A DNA stretch of 64,000 bases from Octopus sinensis (GCF_006345805.1 NC_043000.1:103354001-103418000); one strand, 5' to 3'. Shown: positions 39,471 to 52,506, counted from the stretch's first letter. Notes: generated by a model from the letters alone, not told the origin. Numbers and translations are program-made.

Positions 39471-39654
39471 TCTGTGCACAAGCGGCGAAATGGGAGTAAG
39501 AACTTTATTTAATCGACTCCTGAAGGATAACCAGCAAAATTATCTTCGGCAAGATTTCAACTCTGAACGTAAAGGATCGTATATAAATGCTGCAAGTATA
39601 ATATCTTTATTATTTATAAAAAAGCTCCACTTCTTTCATCCTATATATTTTCCT

Positions 39655-40141
39655 TGCTTCTCTCATTAGAATGTGGCCATACTGGAGCACTACCTTGGTG
39701 AACTTTTTGTCGAATGAATTGATCCCAGTACATAGTTTTGTTAAGGATTGTACTTATCTATCGGTCCATTTGCCGAACCTCTAAGTTGAGTAAACGTAAA
39801 CACATCAACGCTGGCTTCAAGCGACGGTGGGGGGACTGACACATATACAATGACACACACACACACACATGCATATATATATATATATAATATATATATA
39901 TTCAAAATAATAAGGGTGAAAAATTGAATATTAATTTGATTAATATCAATTTAAAACTAGTGGTCTAGCATATTAAAATCTCGAAAAAAATTTTAGCAAA
40001 CGCCAAAACGTAAGCTTACGTTCTGGCGTGTGTTAAAATTTCTTAAGAACATTCTTTCTTAGTGGTAAGACCATAGCGAATCTACTTTTAGCATAATGGA
40101 TGTCCACGTAGTAGTCATCCCTTTATATGTATATATATATA

Positions 40142-40181
<40 letters not shown>

Positions 40182-40203
40182 TATATATATTATATATATA
40201 TAT

Positions 40204-40262
<59 letters not shown>

Positions 40263-40410
40263 GCTTCTTTCAGTTTCCGTCAAACGAATCCACTCACAAA
40301 CCTTTAATCGGACCGTGGCTATAGTAGAAGACAATTGCCCAAGGTGCCATGTAGCAGGATTAAACCCGAAACAATGTGGTTGTGGTTGGGAAGTAAGCTT
40401 CTTACCGCAT
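39655..40410 (-). mobile_element. SINE family A split by an insert (tail 39655-39840, head 40258-40410)
   Basis: Collinear halves with (TA)n, about 220 bp of unique sequence, and (TA)n between them. Confidence 0.65.
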
Positions 40411-40976
40411 TTCACTCAAAGAGATACTTTACGTGACATTAATCATAGAAATCCAAACGTACTCATCCATACGATACAAATGGGACCATGCAGCAAACGG
40501 CTTTGAATTTCGCTGTATCATCTCTCGTGTTCCTTCGCTACAGCCATTCGTGAGTGTTTGTATGTGTGACTGTGTGTGTGAGTGTTTGTGTGTAAGGGTG
40601 TGTGTGTGTGTGTGTGTAAGGGTGTGTGTATGTGTGTGTGCGCGAGCGTCTCTGTGTGAGCTTAGTTTTATACATATTCATTTTCTGCGAATATATATGT
40701 ACGTGGGAATATATGTGTGTGTTTATATATGTCTGCATATAAACACGCATAATGTATGTATATTTATGTGTGTATATATATATATATATATATACTCATA
40801 CGTATACGTATATATATATTATGCGTATATATATACATATATATATATACATTATATATATGTGTATATATTTATATATATCTAATATATATTATGTATA
40901 TATATTATATATATATACATATGCATATAATATATATATATATATGTTTTTATACATTATAATATATGTATATATA

Positions 40977-41890
40977 CAGTAGAACACCTCTTATTTGAAC
41001 ATGCGCTATGTTAAATTAGAGGACGCTGTTCAAATTACGGGAAGAAAATGCATAAAGGTATTAAAATATTTCCTCTTACATTTCCGGGTACCCCGGCTGG
41101 TATTTAATGTATATATTAAAGTGAGTACATTATATATTTTAAAGACTCGTTAAATATCATTGCTAGGAAAAAAATTTGAAAATAAATTAATATTAAATAA
41201 TGTTAGTTGTTAGATATTTATTACATAAATTATCTGCATGTAACGACAAATCGCCAATATAGAATACTTTTATTCATTCATTGAATGAGCTTCTTCACTT
41301 TCGTTTCTGTCTTCATTTGTCAAACTCACGGGGTTGCCATTGCATTCCTCAAGCGATCACGAAACTCCATTTCCTGGTGCTGTAGTCTCTTTATGATCAT
41401 ATTCTTTCGAAGTGGCATTGCTTGCAAAACATAGTTGTCAGTAAAGGATTTCTTTCAAGAAATGTTATCACTCTCTCCATAGACTTTTCTGCATTATCCC
41501 ATGATATTTCCTCATTAGAGTGTTCTTGGCCATTTACATCAGACTCACTTGAATGGGAGCTGTCACTGTCACTAATTTCATGACCATTATTTTCCTCAGG
41601 ACATTGTTCAGTGGTTTCTTCTTCCTGTCGCACCCACATTTCAATTTCCTTTGCATCAAGTGATTGAAAAACGGTGTGTCTGGTTGGAAATCGTCTAATT
41701 TCAAGAATATTTAGTTCCCCAGATTCCTTCTCTGCTTCTTTCACTTCGGAAGCACTAGACGCTGAGCAAAATTTTCCCCATGTTTTTGCAAAAGTGCCTG
41801 CACTTGCGAGGGAAAAATTGCGCTGGAAATCGCCTATACTAACATTGCTATTTATCATATTTATCATGAAATCATTTCTGTAGAAATATT
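40977..41890 (-). mobile_element. Tigger/pogo-like DNA transposon, right end with C-terminal transposase fragment
   Basis: TA followed by a CAGTAGAACACCTCTTA terminal repeat at 40977. ORF 41397-41867 (AKTWGKF...EIEMWVRQEEE...acidic stretch...ISWDNAEKSMERVITFLE) matches the Jerky/TIGD-type C-terminus. Confidence 0.8.
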
Positions 41891-42762
41891 TTCGACGTCG
41901 TCGTTGTTGTTGTTGTTGTCGTTGTTGTTGTTGTTGTCGTTGCTCAGGTCACTGCCTGGAATCGAACTTGGAATCTTGGGTTTAGTAGAAAATTAGATTC
42001 CTTTATTTACTATTGTATTTTTATTGAACACCATTTAAGCACAAGCAAACTTCTGATTATGAATCTAAGTAGTAACATATGAATTTATCTATAACTCTAT
42101 CCATTTCTTATTTTTACTTATAAATTTATACACCCTTATTACTTCAATTTTTATAAACATATTTAGTCCAATATAATACGATACTTAAATACACGGTAAA
42201 TTACTATATATTATTTACCTCTATATTTCTTAATGATTACATAGAGTATATTATACATTATTTTACGTATTTATATTTTTATATATACATCCTTTCCCCC
42301 ACTTTATAAGGTCTATACCAAATGTTAGCTATAAAATAATACTCAGCTGAAATGTTCTGTTCATTTAACACATAAAAATGTGATGGTATATCCTTTTTTC
42401 TACCTTCAACGAGGTTCTACTTTATAATGATTTATTTTAATCAAAATCTTAAAATCTGAATCGAAACAGCTGTCAAGAATTATGTTTAGTTTTTAATTAA
42501 TAAATATAATTATTAATTGATATATCTATTTTCTTATTTTTCTTAAATAATATAAACCTCGATTTATCTAATTATTTATTTATGAGTATTAAAATTAATT
42601 TTTAAAATAAATAGTAGGTAATAAACCAGTAAATTAATTGGATATTATTATCCCTTAATGAGGCTTATTTAACCTCTAATTGAACTTTTATATATATATA
42701 TACATAATATGCCTGTGCGTGTGAGCGCGTGTGTGTGGGTGTGGGTGTGTTGTTTAAAACTC

Positions 42763-42902
42763 TTTGATTCGGCTTCTGTCCTACTTAAAGTTTCAAAGTC
42801 CCTAAAGGAGCCTGTCCTCACACTAGTGGAAATTCGGATTTCCACCGGCCTGAGGAAAGGCCTTACTGAGGGTATTGAATCTTTAAGGAGCACGGAATCA
42901 AA
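42763..42902. repeat. Degenerate inverted repeat of about 140 bp
   Basis: Centred on gtggaaat-tcgg-atttccac, with further pairing blocks gcctgtcctca/tgaggaaaggc, cttaaag/ctttaag and tttgattc/gaatcaaa. Confidence 0.8.
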
Positions 42903-42994
42903 ATCATAACGTTTGAACAATACATGTTACTCTCAATAAATGAGTTAAGTGCCCAAACTTTGGTTTATAGATATATATATATATCTGTGTGTGT

Positions 42995-43032
<38 letters not shown>

Positions 43033-43379
43033 GTGTGTGTGTGTGTGCATGTTGTGTGTGTGTTTATGAAGTTTTAATTCAAAGTTAGTTTTAAATGCTG
43101 GTTATCATTTGTTTATATGATGGCGGTAGAGTACAGCGCTGGATTAACCATTTGTAACGAACTTAGTGTGAGTATATCTTCTCTTGTACTTTCAGGGTAC
43201 AAGAAAGCAATCACTAGCCGTTGCTTTAATAATCCAGAATTCTACCAGTCAGGAACAACAAGACGCAGACGTAAAAGATATATATACTACTTTATTCTCT
43301 AATGTGGTAACAGTAACAATAAGTGGTTATCTGATGTCCTTGGTTCTGGGCGCGCAAGGCTGAAAGTTAATCGATTGTA

Positions 43380-43760
43380 ATATTTACAATGTTCAGCCGC
43401 TAAAAACAGAACGGGTTAAAGATGGCGGCGAACAATGGAGACGATGTTGGTCTGCGACAATTTGGTTAAAGGCCTTTTGGTAAGGTGCTGCTAGAATCAA
43501 GTCCAGACGGAGAGAAAATATTTCGTGACCGTCGCCTTCAGTCGCTGCTGTCTCAAGTCCCCGCTGACTGCTGCTAGTGGTCAAACGTTCTACGACCCCC
43601 TTGCCTTGGCTAACTACCACGTAGGCAAAAGGGTCGTGCTTCCGGTGGTTCGCGCATGCGCGAGATGGCCCTTCCTTTCTGTGCCTTGGTGAAGGCACCA
43701 ACACTCGCACGCGCGAAATAGAAAAATGGACGGTGCGCGCGCGCGCACCGTTATAGGATC
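43380..43760. promoter_or_regulatory. CpG-rich promoter-like island with YY1, ETS and NRF1 motifs
   Basis: AAGATGGCGGCG at 43419-43430, ACCGGAAG on the minus strand at 43639-43646, and CGCGCATGCGCG at 43651-43662. CpG-dense and not similar to any repeat in the window. Confidence 0.7.
43435..43479 (+). CDS. Candidate first coding exon (METMLVCDNLVKGLL)
   Basis: ATG in an ACAATGG context just downstream of the YY1 motif, 15 codons, then a gtaagg donor in phase 0. No protein family recognised. Confidence 0.25.
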
Positions 43761-44384
43761 ACTACACATTAAACAAAATAAGAACGTGCTTAGAGTACCA
43801 AGGGAAGTGGGGCACCACAGAAATGGTAAATGGTTTATATCACAAAAGAAATCACTTTAAACTTGCTAAAATAAGACTCATGCAAGGAAGCCGAACGAAA
43901 ACAAATAGGGGTGGGGGGGCGTTAAACCAGAACGAAGGTAAAATAGTGAACTCTGGAGAAATGTATTCTCTCTCTTTAACTCTTTCTCCGTTTCTCTCTC
44001 TCTTTTTGCTCACACATGACCATCGTCCATCTTTCTCTTCCATACGTAATCATCTTTCTTTTCTTTCAGGACTTGTTTTCGTTCGGTTTCCTTGTATGTC
44101 TTCACTGTCCTGTTTTTGTTCCCAACTTTGACCTTCCATAAATCCCAAATTTTATTTTGGTACTTATGGAAGCAACTGTCTTCAAAGACTCATAGTGTCG
44201 CTCAATGCTCGAAATGAGGAGTAGATAGACAGCCGAGAATTGATGAAGGGTCGTTCTTTACGTTACTCGTCCTGTTTTCCATTTGTTTTTCTCATTGTTT
44301 GTGTACTGAACTCATTTGATTTCGTATTTCATGTTGTTTACTGTTGGTGACGTTCTGTGCCCATATATGCTTGCGTATGTTGTG

Positions 44385-44442
<58 letters not shown>

Positions 44443-44890
44443 TATATGATATATATGTATATACATATATATGTTTGTGTGTATTTACATATATGTATAA
44501 TATGTATATATATGTATATATATATATATTATTTATATGATTATATGTATATATATATACATATATATGTGTTGTGTATTTACATATATGTATAATGTGT
44601 ATATATATTATTTATATGATATATATATACATATATATGTGTGTGTGTATTTATATATATGTATAATGTATATATATATATATATATATATTATTTATAT
44701 GATATATATGTATAAATATATACATATATATGTGTGTGTGTATTTATATATATGTATAATGTGTGTGTATATATATATATATTATTTATATGATATATAT
44801 GTATATATATACATATATATGTGTGTGTGTATTTATATATATGTATAATGTATATATATATATAAATCTAGCTATCTATATATATATATA
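44385..44890. repeat. Higher-order TA/TG minisatellite (units of about 80-90 bp)
   Basis: The anchor tattatttatatgat occurs near 44437, 44528, 44607, 44689 and 44780. Confidence 0.85.
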
Positions 44891-45458
44891 TGTATATATA
44901 ATTGAGATTCAGTTGAATCATGTACTTAAGTTGAAGCACCAGATCAGTGTAGTATTATCCGGACAACTTCACGTTCAACCAGACTCAACGACAGGTTTCA
45001 TTTCCTCCACACCTTAGACCCTGCACCCGATCTCTACAGTCTGTAACTTTTCTCTCCCTCTATTTCTCTTGCACACTTTCACCAACTCTGCATACTCTGC
45101 ATGCCCGTCTTCCTTTTTTATGTTCCCTATATTCTTGTTTCCCATAGCACAGTTAACTCGACGTTATGTGGCAAGTGTATGTGTTGTGTCATTTTAATGG
45201 ATGACTATTCTACAATGAGTCTCAACCTTTTCCTGAATGGTATTTTAGAAATGCTCCCATCCTTTTTATTTTTAAAAATCTTGGATCTAGTCTTCCTCAT
45301 TTGCAAAATGATCCTCACTTAATTTTGCTCAGATTGCTTTTAGTTTTGGTGTATAGCTGCAGCGCTGAATTTTGATTACGATCAACCAATTATTTTATCT
45401 CGTAAATTAAAGAATCTGATGTTATTTGGAATTAAAGTTGGGAAATTCGGGTAGTTTT

Positions 45459-45506
45459 AGCCAATCAACAGACAGCGTGGCATTAGAAGCTTGTTACCAT
45501 GACAAC
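45459..45506. promoter_or_regulatory. CCAAT box plus RFX X-box
   Basis: AGCCAATCA at 45459-45467 and GTTACCATGACAAC at 45493-45506, a full match to the GTHNYY-AT-RRNAAC X-box consensus. Confidence 0.55.
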
Positions 45507-46744
45507 CGCACGCTGTATTGTGGTTCACTGTTGTCTGTGCCGCTGTTGTCTATGTTGATTTTTCACACTTGATTCTTCACACCATGAGATTCTTTTCGCC
45601 CGCGTGTTTTGTTTTAATTTTTCTGTGTGTTAATATATTACATATTTTTCTGTGCTTCTGTGTGTTAGTATTTTTACATATTTTTCATTTCATATATTTT
45701 TGAGACTCATTGACTCAGATAGCTGGATTTATGATTTCATTAGGTTAATTCTATTCAGAAAAATTTTAATTAGAAGTATTTCTTAAACCCTTAGCTTCAC
45801 ATTTCAACAGCTTAACTTAAATTTAGCCCACGTAACATGAACTGAGAGGGATATCGTGGAACAGAGAAACTGTGAATGATACAGATAATTTGGCATTATG
45901 TTTGAATTCTGCATACAAAAACATATAAGAAACAGGTATTCTTTTCCTTGGGACAAATTCTTTGTTGACCAGTGTTATTCTTATTGTAGTTTACAAATCC
46001 AAGCATGAAAACGTTCCTCAACTTTGAAGTTTTGGAGACAGACGCCCCATTTTCACACACATACACAAACACACGCACATACACACACACGTGCATTATA
46101 TATTAATGATGTACACAAATACATGACAGGTATACATAATACTAAAATATGCACAAACACATGCAGACAAATATATTAATATAACAAACTAAACAAATAA
46201 AAAAATGACAATCAATAAAAGAAACAATAAGATGATACATGTTGATTTTATTAGATATTTTTGTTTATTTAGAAACCTTCAATGAACAGGTCAGACGCTA
46301 AACAATAAATTTCACAGGGTACAACCTTAAAGTTGACACCGCGCCACTAAACGCAGAAAATTTCTGTCTAGCTGTTGGCTAAATATACACAGTTTTTTCG
46401 ATTTTGAAACCTCTGTAACTTTTTTCTCCACATAATACCTTCAAAGCAATGAGACTGGAAGGCTACATTATTATAGCTGATTTTCAGATTTTTTACTTCC
46501 TTTTAAAAAATGCAAATTTTTGCGAATGAAAACAACTAAATCCAAAATCTCAGATTATTTTACTCCAACAGAAGCTAATATTGTACAGTAATTTATTATC
46601 CACATTTTATTATATATCCCATCCAGCATGAGCTGCTTTTTTTAATATTTAGTGGACAAATACGTCCTGTGTTTAATTTTTATAAAAATTACTAAAAAAG
46701 GTTTGGTGCGTCATCAGTCATGTTTCTTCTTATTAGATTTTAAT

Positions 46745-46935
46745 TTTGGCACCAGGCCAGCAATTTCAGGTTAAGAGGTAAGTCGATTACATCGACCCCG
46801 GTCCTCAACTAGTTCGTATTTTATTGACCCCGAAAAGATGAAAGAGAAAATCGACCTCGACGGAATTTGAACTCAGAGCGTAAAGACGGACGAAATGCTG
46901 CTAAGCATTTTTCCCGGTGTGCTAACGATCCTGCT
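46745..46935 (-). mobile_element. SINE family B
   Basis: agtcgattacatcgacc...cggaatttgaactcagagcg...gtgctaacgatcctgc. Confidence 0.8.
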
Positions 46936-47486
46936 AGCTTGCGGCCTTAAATGTCCTATTCACATAGTAATCCGAACAAAGATTTTTTTTATGTGTTTAA
47001 AATTAAGTATTGTACCTGGCTTAAATGCTAAATTTCTAAGAAAAGCCACGACACCCTTTAAAACACAACATACCCCAGTGCTTTGGCCCCTCGTGAGCTT
47101 TACTCAAGTGGTCCTTAATCTAGGTGAACACAATGTAACTGATAGGAATAAATAACGCAAGACATTTTGACCAATACTGTAAAAATTAAGCCCATCCACT
47201 GTGCCAGATGGAATTTAGCTTTATCGATCTCGGAATGATAAAATGCTAAGCTAGTTTCCAGTGGATTTGATCTCAGAACATAAAGAGCTGGATCACATAA
47301 TCTAAGGGATTTTGTCCGACTTAACTATTCTGCCAGTCCCCCTTCTTAAAAGGCATAATATATCTCTAATCTAATCTTTGTAGATGTAATGAGAAGTTAG
47401 GCTAATTATATGCCTTTATTCGTGTGTTGGGACATACAAACATACATACATACATACATACATATACACATGCGTTATATTACAAA

Positions 47487-47529
<43 letters not shown>

Positions 47530-47780
47530 CCAGTTGCAAACTAATGTAATTTAGTACTGAGAATTTACATTCATATCGTCACATTCTGCTTAAATGTTTT
47601 AATTCGGAGATAATTTGCTGATATCGCCGGATCCTGCAGAGTGTCGCGATATAACTCCAATAAATAGGTACATATAACATTTACATACACGATAGGTGAT
47701 AGCTAGATATTTTGAGTATAGAATACACTTAATCGAGTTTATCGGCGTCACTCCCTCTACATAATGTGTGTGTGTGTGTG

Positions 47781-47812
<32 letters not shown>

Positions 47813-48492
47813 CATAAGTGTATACACACAAATAAATTATACGCATACATGCACGCACGGGCATACGTTTATTTCAAACTTTGATGTATTAAATAATTAA
47901 ACTAAAACATGAATAAGAGAAAAATTATGTAAATAAAAAGAAAATGATAAATCTTGAATGTGTTATAAATGCTTACATAATGAGTAAAATTGAAATAAAT
48001 TTGTTGTTCTTTACAAAATTCATATTTATGACGGTTTTAATTAAGAGAAAATTGTAATTTAATTGCTTTATGTGATTCAAGGCGTGTTACAGACTAGTTG
48101 AAACACTTAATGTTATTAATTGCGTTGTCGTTCTGGTTAGATAGACATTTGATTCGAAGTTAATGAATTCTAAATGACAAAAAATAATAATGAGAATAAT
48201 AATAATAATAAATAAAAAATAAATTGGATATCATTGGGAACGGAAGTTATAAAACAAATCCAGACCGGACATAAATTTCGAGAGCCGAGGAAAGCTCTTT
48301 TTATGAGAGTATATATATTTCAATTTACATGAAGATTAGTTTTAGTTCGTTGTGTAACCCACGGCATCACGTTTACCATTTAGAACGCCTTTTAGAAACA
48401 GCATACAGGAAATTGTTAAAAATTCAGTGCAAATTTAGTTCAGTATCCTGCTAATACTCTTAATCTATCCCGTTCCTATTAATACAGTAGGT

Positions 48493-48600
48493 CAGTGGTT
48501 TTTCAAACAGTACACCGTAATGCACTAATATGCCGCAAGTGGTATTTAGGTGCGTCGCGAATTTTTTAAAATACAATCCTGAGACTTCAGAAAATCCACA
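48493..48600. mobile_element. hAT-like MITE end
   Basis: cagtggtttttcaaac terminal motif followed by a typical subterminal tract. The other end was not found. Confidence 0.35.
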
Positions 48601-48999
48601 GTAATGTTAAACGTCTTAAAAAGATAAGTTGTTCATAGTTTTGTTACACATAAGTATGATTAATAAAACAAAAGAAGCAAGCAATAATTTTCCTTTTTCT
48701 ACTTTTTGAATTTTGAATCATAGTTTTGTTGTTTTTGTATTTTTATATATCTTTCCGTGTGACGTGCACCTGTAATTTTTGACTTTCCATTCGATGCAAA
48801 AACTTCCTGACACATTTTTTCAAAAAGATTTAGAACCACAACCAGCAAGGAAGCTTCTTTCGATCAGCCAGAAACAGGACAGAAATGTCATTGTAGTAAC
48901 AGTCAAACATCTTACGGAAAACAAGAACATATTTGGACAATATATTCCTAAATAAACTGGGCAGGCGTGGCTGACAGGTATCCTTGAACAGGAATTAAC

Positions 49000-49041
49000 A
49001 TGGCCGAAACAACAATCAACAACCACAACAGCCTCACAGGA
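49000..49041 (+). CDS. Candidate ATG-containing exon (MAETTINNHNSLTG)
   Basis: AACATGG start context and a gtaagt donor in phase 0, in unique sequence. Confidence 0.15.
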
Positions 49042-49311
49042 GTAAGTCGATATACTGGTATACTGCTTCCTATAGCAGCAAGCCAAAGGTTATGTATGTG
49101 ATGCTAGACACAGCACCTGGAAAAAGACGGAATGATTATAGTCTGGTTGCCGTTAATCATGTCTTTTCAACTAAATATATGAAATTAAACAAGTGCATTC
49201 TCTCTGTGTTAGGCTATGTACAGGTTAAATTATCAAGCAAAGTGCATGTAATTATACCACGAAATCATCTGGCTGGAAGCTTTAGGCATATTTCGAATAT
49301 ATATGCCATAG

Positions 49312-49694
49312 TGGAGGTGCAATGGCCCAGTGGTTAGGGCAGCGGACTCGCGGTCATAGGATCGCGGTTTCGATTCCCAGACCGGGCGTTGTGAGTGTTT
49401 ATTGAGCGAAAACACCTAAAGCTCCACGCGGCTCCGGCAGGGGATGGTGGTGATCCCTGCTGTACTCTTTCACCACAACTTTCTCTCACTCTTACTTCCT
49501 GTTTCTGTTGTACTTGTATTTCAAAGGGCCGGCCTTGTCACTCTCTGTGTCACGCTGAATATCCCCGAGAACTACGTTAAGGGTACACGTGTCTGTGGAG
49601 TGCTCAGCCACTTACACGTTAATTTCACGAGCAGGCTGTTCCGTTGATTCGGATCAACCGGAACCCTCGTCGTTGTAACCGACGGAGTGGGTCC
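49312..49694 (+). mobile_element. Young full-length tRNA-derived SINE (family C) with 13-bp target-site duplication
   Basis: A box tggcccagtggttagg and B box ggtttcgattccc. Flanked by identical atatatgccatag at 49299-49311 and 49695-49707. Confidence 0.92.
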
Positions 49695-50097
49695 ATATAT
49701 GCCATAGCAATGGGAATAGAGTTTTACAGTAGTGTTGAAAACAAATTATAGGAGCAAATGAATTTGTGAAAATGTCCACAGTTTCTTAAAATAGAGGAAG
49801 CTGACGATGACAGCGGAAGATCTTAACAGACAACTGATTATTTAGCCCAACATTAATTCCCCTGCACGAGTTGGTCTTATTGGGGTGGTGAACGTAATCG
49901 CTTATCAAGTTTAGCACCACATTCTGGCTCTCAATGTCTTGGAGGGTCTTGCAACGACAAAAACAAAATGACTAAAAAACCAAGAGTGCAGTTGTCCTCC
50001 TAATATATATTAGAAATAGAATTTACTGTAAAATAATTTACTGATATATATATATAATCGACTTAATCCGTTTGTCTGTCCTTATATATATATATAT

Positions 50098-50142
<45 letters not shown>

Positions 50143-50143
50143 G

Positions 50144-50182
<39 letters not shown>

Positions 50183-50892
50183 TATATATATGTATGTATA
50201 TATGAATATGTATGTGTGTGTGTGTGTGTGGTGTGTGTATGTAAGAATATATGTGAATGAGTTCTCTGAGATGTATCAGAGTTTCAAAGTATTTACTTTT
50301 ATACCAGGCATACCTGCTTCGTCATTTTTTGAGAATATCTTCAACATGATCGTCTTGTTATATTTACTAACATACAAAGGTGAGAAGCAATAAAGAATTT
50401 AAACATTGTGACGCAGCGAATTTATCTTTAGAAGCACACACACACACACACACATACTCACACCCACACACATGCACATAAGCACACACACATATATGTA
50501 TGCATAGATATTTATATATATATATATATACACACACACATACATATATGTGTGTGTGCATACATATAGTATATGCCTATCAATCAATCATTCTATCTGT
50601 CATCTATCTATCTGTCTGTCTGTCTGTTTGCATATTTTCTGTCTATCTCTCTCTACTTTTAGGAGGAAGCAGAGCAGATGCTAAAAATTTCATGCATATA
50701 GCTCTGACTTTTATAGCAACAAAGTCAATGAACGAATTTTCAGAGAGAAACTGATTATGTTCTAAGAAAACTACTTGCTAACATTCAGTACAACCTCTGA
50801 CCTAGAAGAAGGTGCCCCACGCAGCTTCTGCAGTATTACGACTGAGTGTTGAAACAACAACTCATCCACTTAGGAGTTGATGTGGCAACGTT

Positions 50893-51466
50893 GAGCTGGC
50901 AGAAACGTTAGCACACCGGGTGAATTGCTTAGCGGTATTTTGTCTGCCGCTACGTTCTGAGTTCAAATTCCGCCGAGGTCGACTTTGCCTTTCATCCTTT
51001 CGGGGTCGATTAAATAAGTACCAGTTACGCAATGGGGTCGATATAATCGACTTAATCCGTTTGTCTGTCCTTGTTTGTCCCCTCTGTATTTAGCCCCTTG
51101 TGGGTAGTAAAGAAATAGGTATTTCGTTGGCCGTTACGTTGTGAGTTCAAATTCCGCCGAGGTCGACTTTGCCTTTCATCCTTTCGGGGTCGATTAAATA
51201 AGTACCAGTTACGCACTGAGGTCGATATAGTCGACTTAATCCGTTTGTCTGTCCTTGTTTGTCCCCTCTGTATTTAGCCTCTTGTGGGTAGTAAAGAAAT
51301 AGGTATTTCGTCTGCCGCTACGTTTTGAGTTCAAATTCCGCCGAGGTCGACTTTGCCTTTCATCCTTTCGGGGTCGATTAAATAAGTACCAGTTACGCAC
51401 TTAATCCGTTTGTCTGTCCTTGTTTGTCCTCTCTGTGTTTAGCCCCTTGTGGGTAGTAAAGAAATA
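50893..51466 (+). mobile_element. Head-to-tail trimer of SINE family B
   Basis: Unit 1 is 50893-51117 with an A box. Units 2 (51118-51301) and 3 (51302-51466) restart at the internal ggtatttcg. Confidence 0.92.
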
Positions 51467-51907
51467 GGATTAATTCGAAGGAATGCAACGTTGCTACATT
51501 AAGAAGATTACAACATTTGAGCTACAGGGAGGCGTGTAAAGTGAAAAAAAGGAAGATATGCATTGATTTATTAATATGAAAGATCCTAAAAAGGTTAATT
51601 CCAAATTTTGGTATTGAGCGCGATACCAAACACCAAACTGGTCATCATTGAAGGTTTTACTTTCCCCATTAAAAATTAAAACCAGATTATGAAACTGCTT
51701 ATGATTCAAGGGCCAGTTCAAATGCAGTCAAATTTGTATGCCATCCTTTCAGAACCAATAGAGCAGAATTATAATCAAGTGCTAGTGTCGATGCTATTTC
51801 CCTGAAATGTGCTGGTTTTATGTTTACATCAGAGACCATATGTATTAATGATGATATTTAAAAAGTGACTTAAAATTATCATTTGTTAAAATTACTTTAA
51901 CTATTTC

Positions 51908-52090
51908 TACTTTTTATTTGTTTCAGTCATTAGACTGCGGTCCTGCTACGGCACTGCCTTGAAGAATTTTTAGTCAAATGAATCGACCACAGTTATTTTT
52001 CCTTTTAAATGTGGTACTTATTCTATCGGTTTATTTGGCGAACTGTTAAGTTACGGGCACGTAAACAAATCAAGACCGGTAGTCAAGCGT
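51908..52090 (-). mobile_element. SINE family A, 3' half
   Basis: tttgtttcagtcattagactgcgg...cgtaaacaaatcaagaccgg. Confidence 0.7.
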
Positions 52091-52408
52091 CGATCTAATC
52101 GACTGGCCCCAACTCTCCAAAAATGTCAGGCCTTGTGTCTAGAGCAGAAAAAAATATATACACAAACAAGTTGCACGGGCGACTTCAACATATAAAGCAT
52201 CGTATAGGTTTTTATTTTACAGAAAATAAGGTAAATTTCGAACGTGGGATGGCTGTGAAAACAACCTAGAAAATTTTCTAGGGGTATGATTTACCCAAAT
52301 TTCTAGGCTGTCTTCACAGCTATCTTGCGCTACTTTATTTTCTGTAACACACACACATATATACATATACATACATATATACATACATACATACATATAT
52401 ATACATAC

Positions 52409-52488
<80 letters not shown>

Positions 52489-52506
52489 ATATATATATAA
52501 TTTTTT

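Noticed and set aside
49312-49390. tRNA gene
   Set aside because: There is no complete cloverleaf or acceptor stem. It continues into a SINE body with a TSD.
50893-51466. CRISPR-like or satellite array
   Set aside because: The units are SINE bodies of about 165-225 bp with no unique spacers, and the context is eukaryotic.
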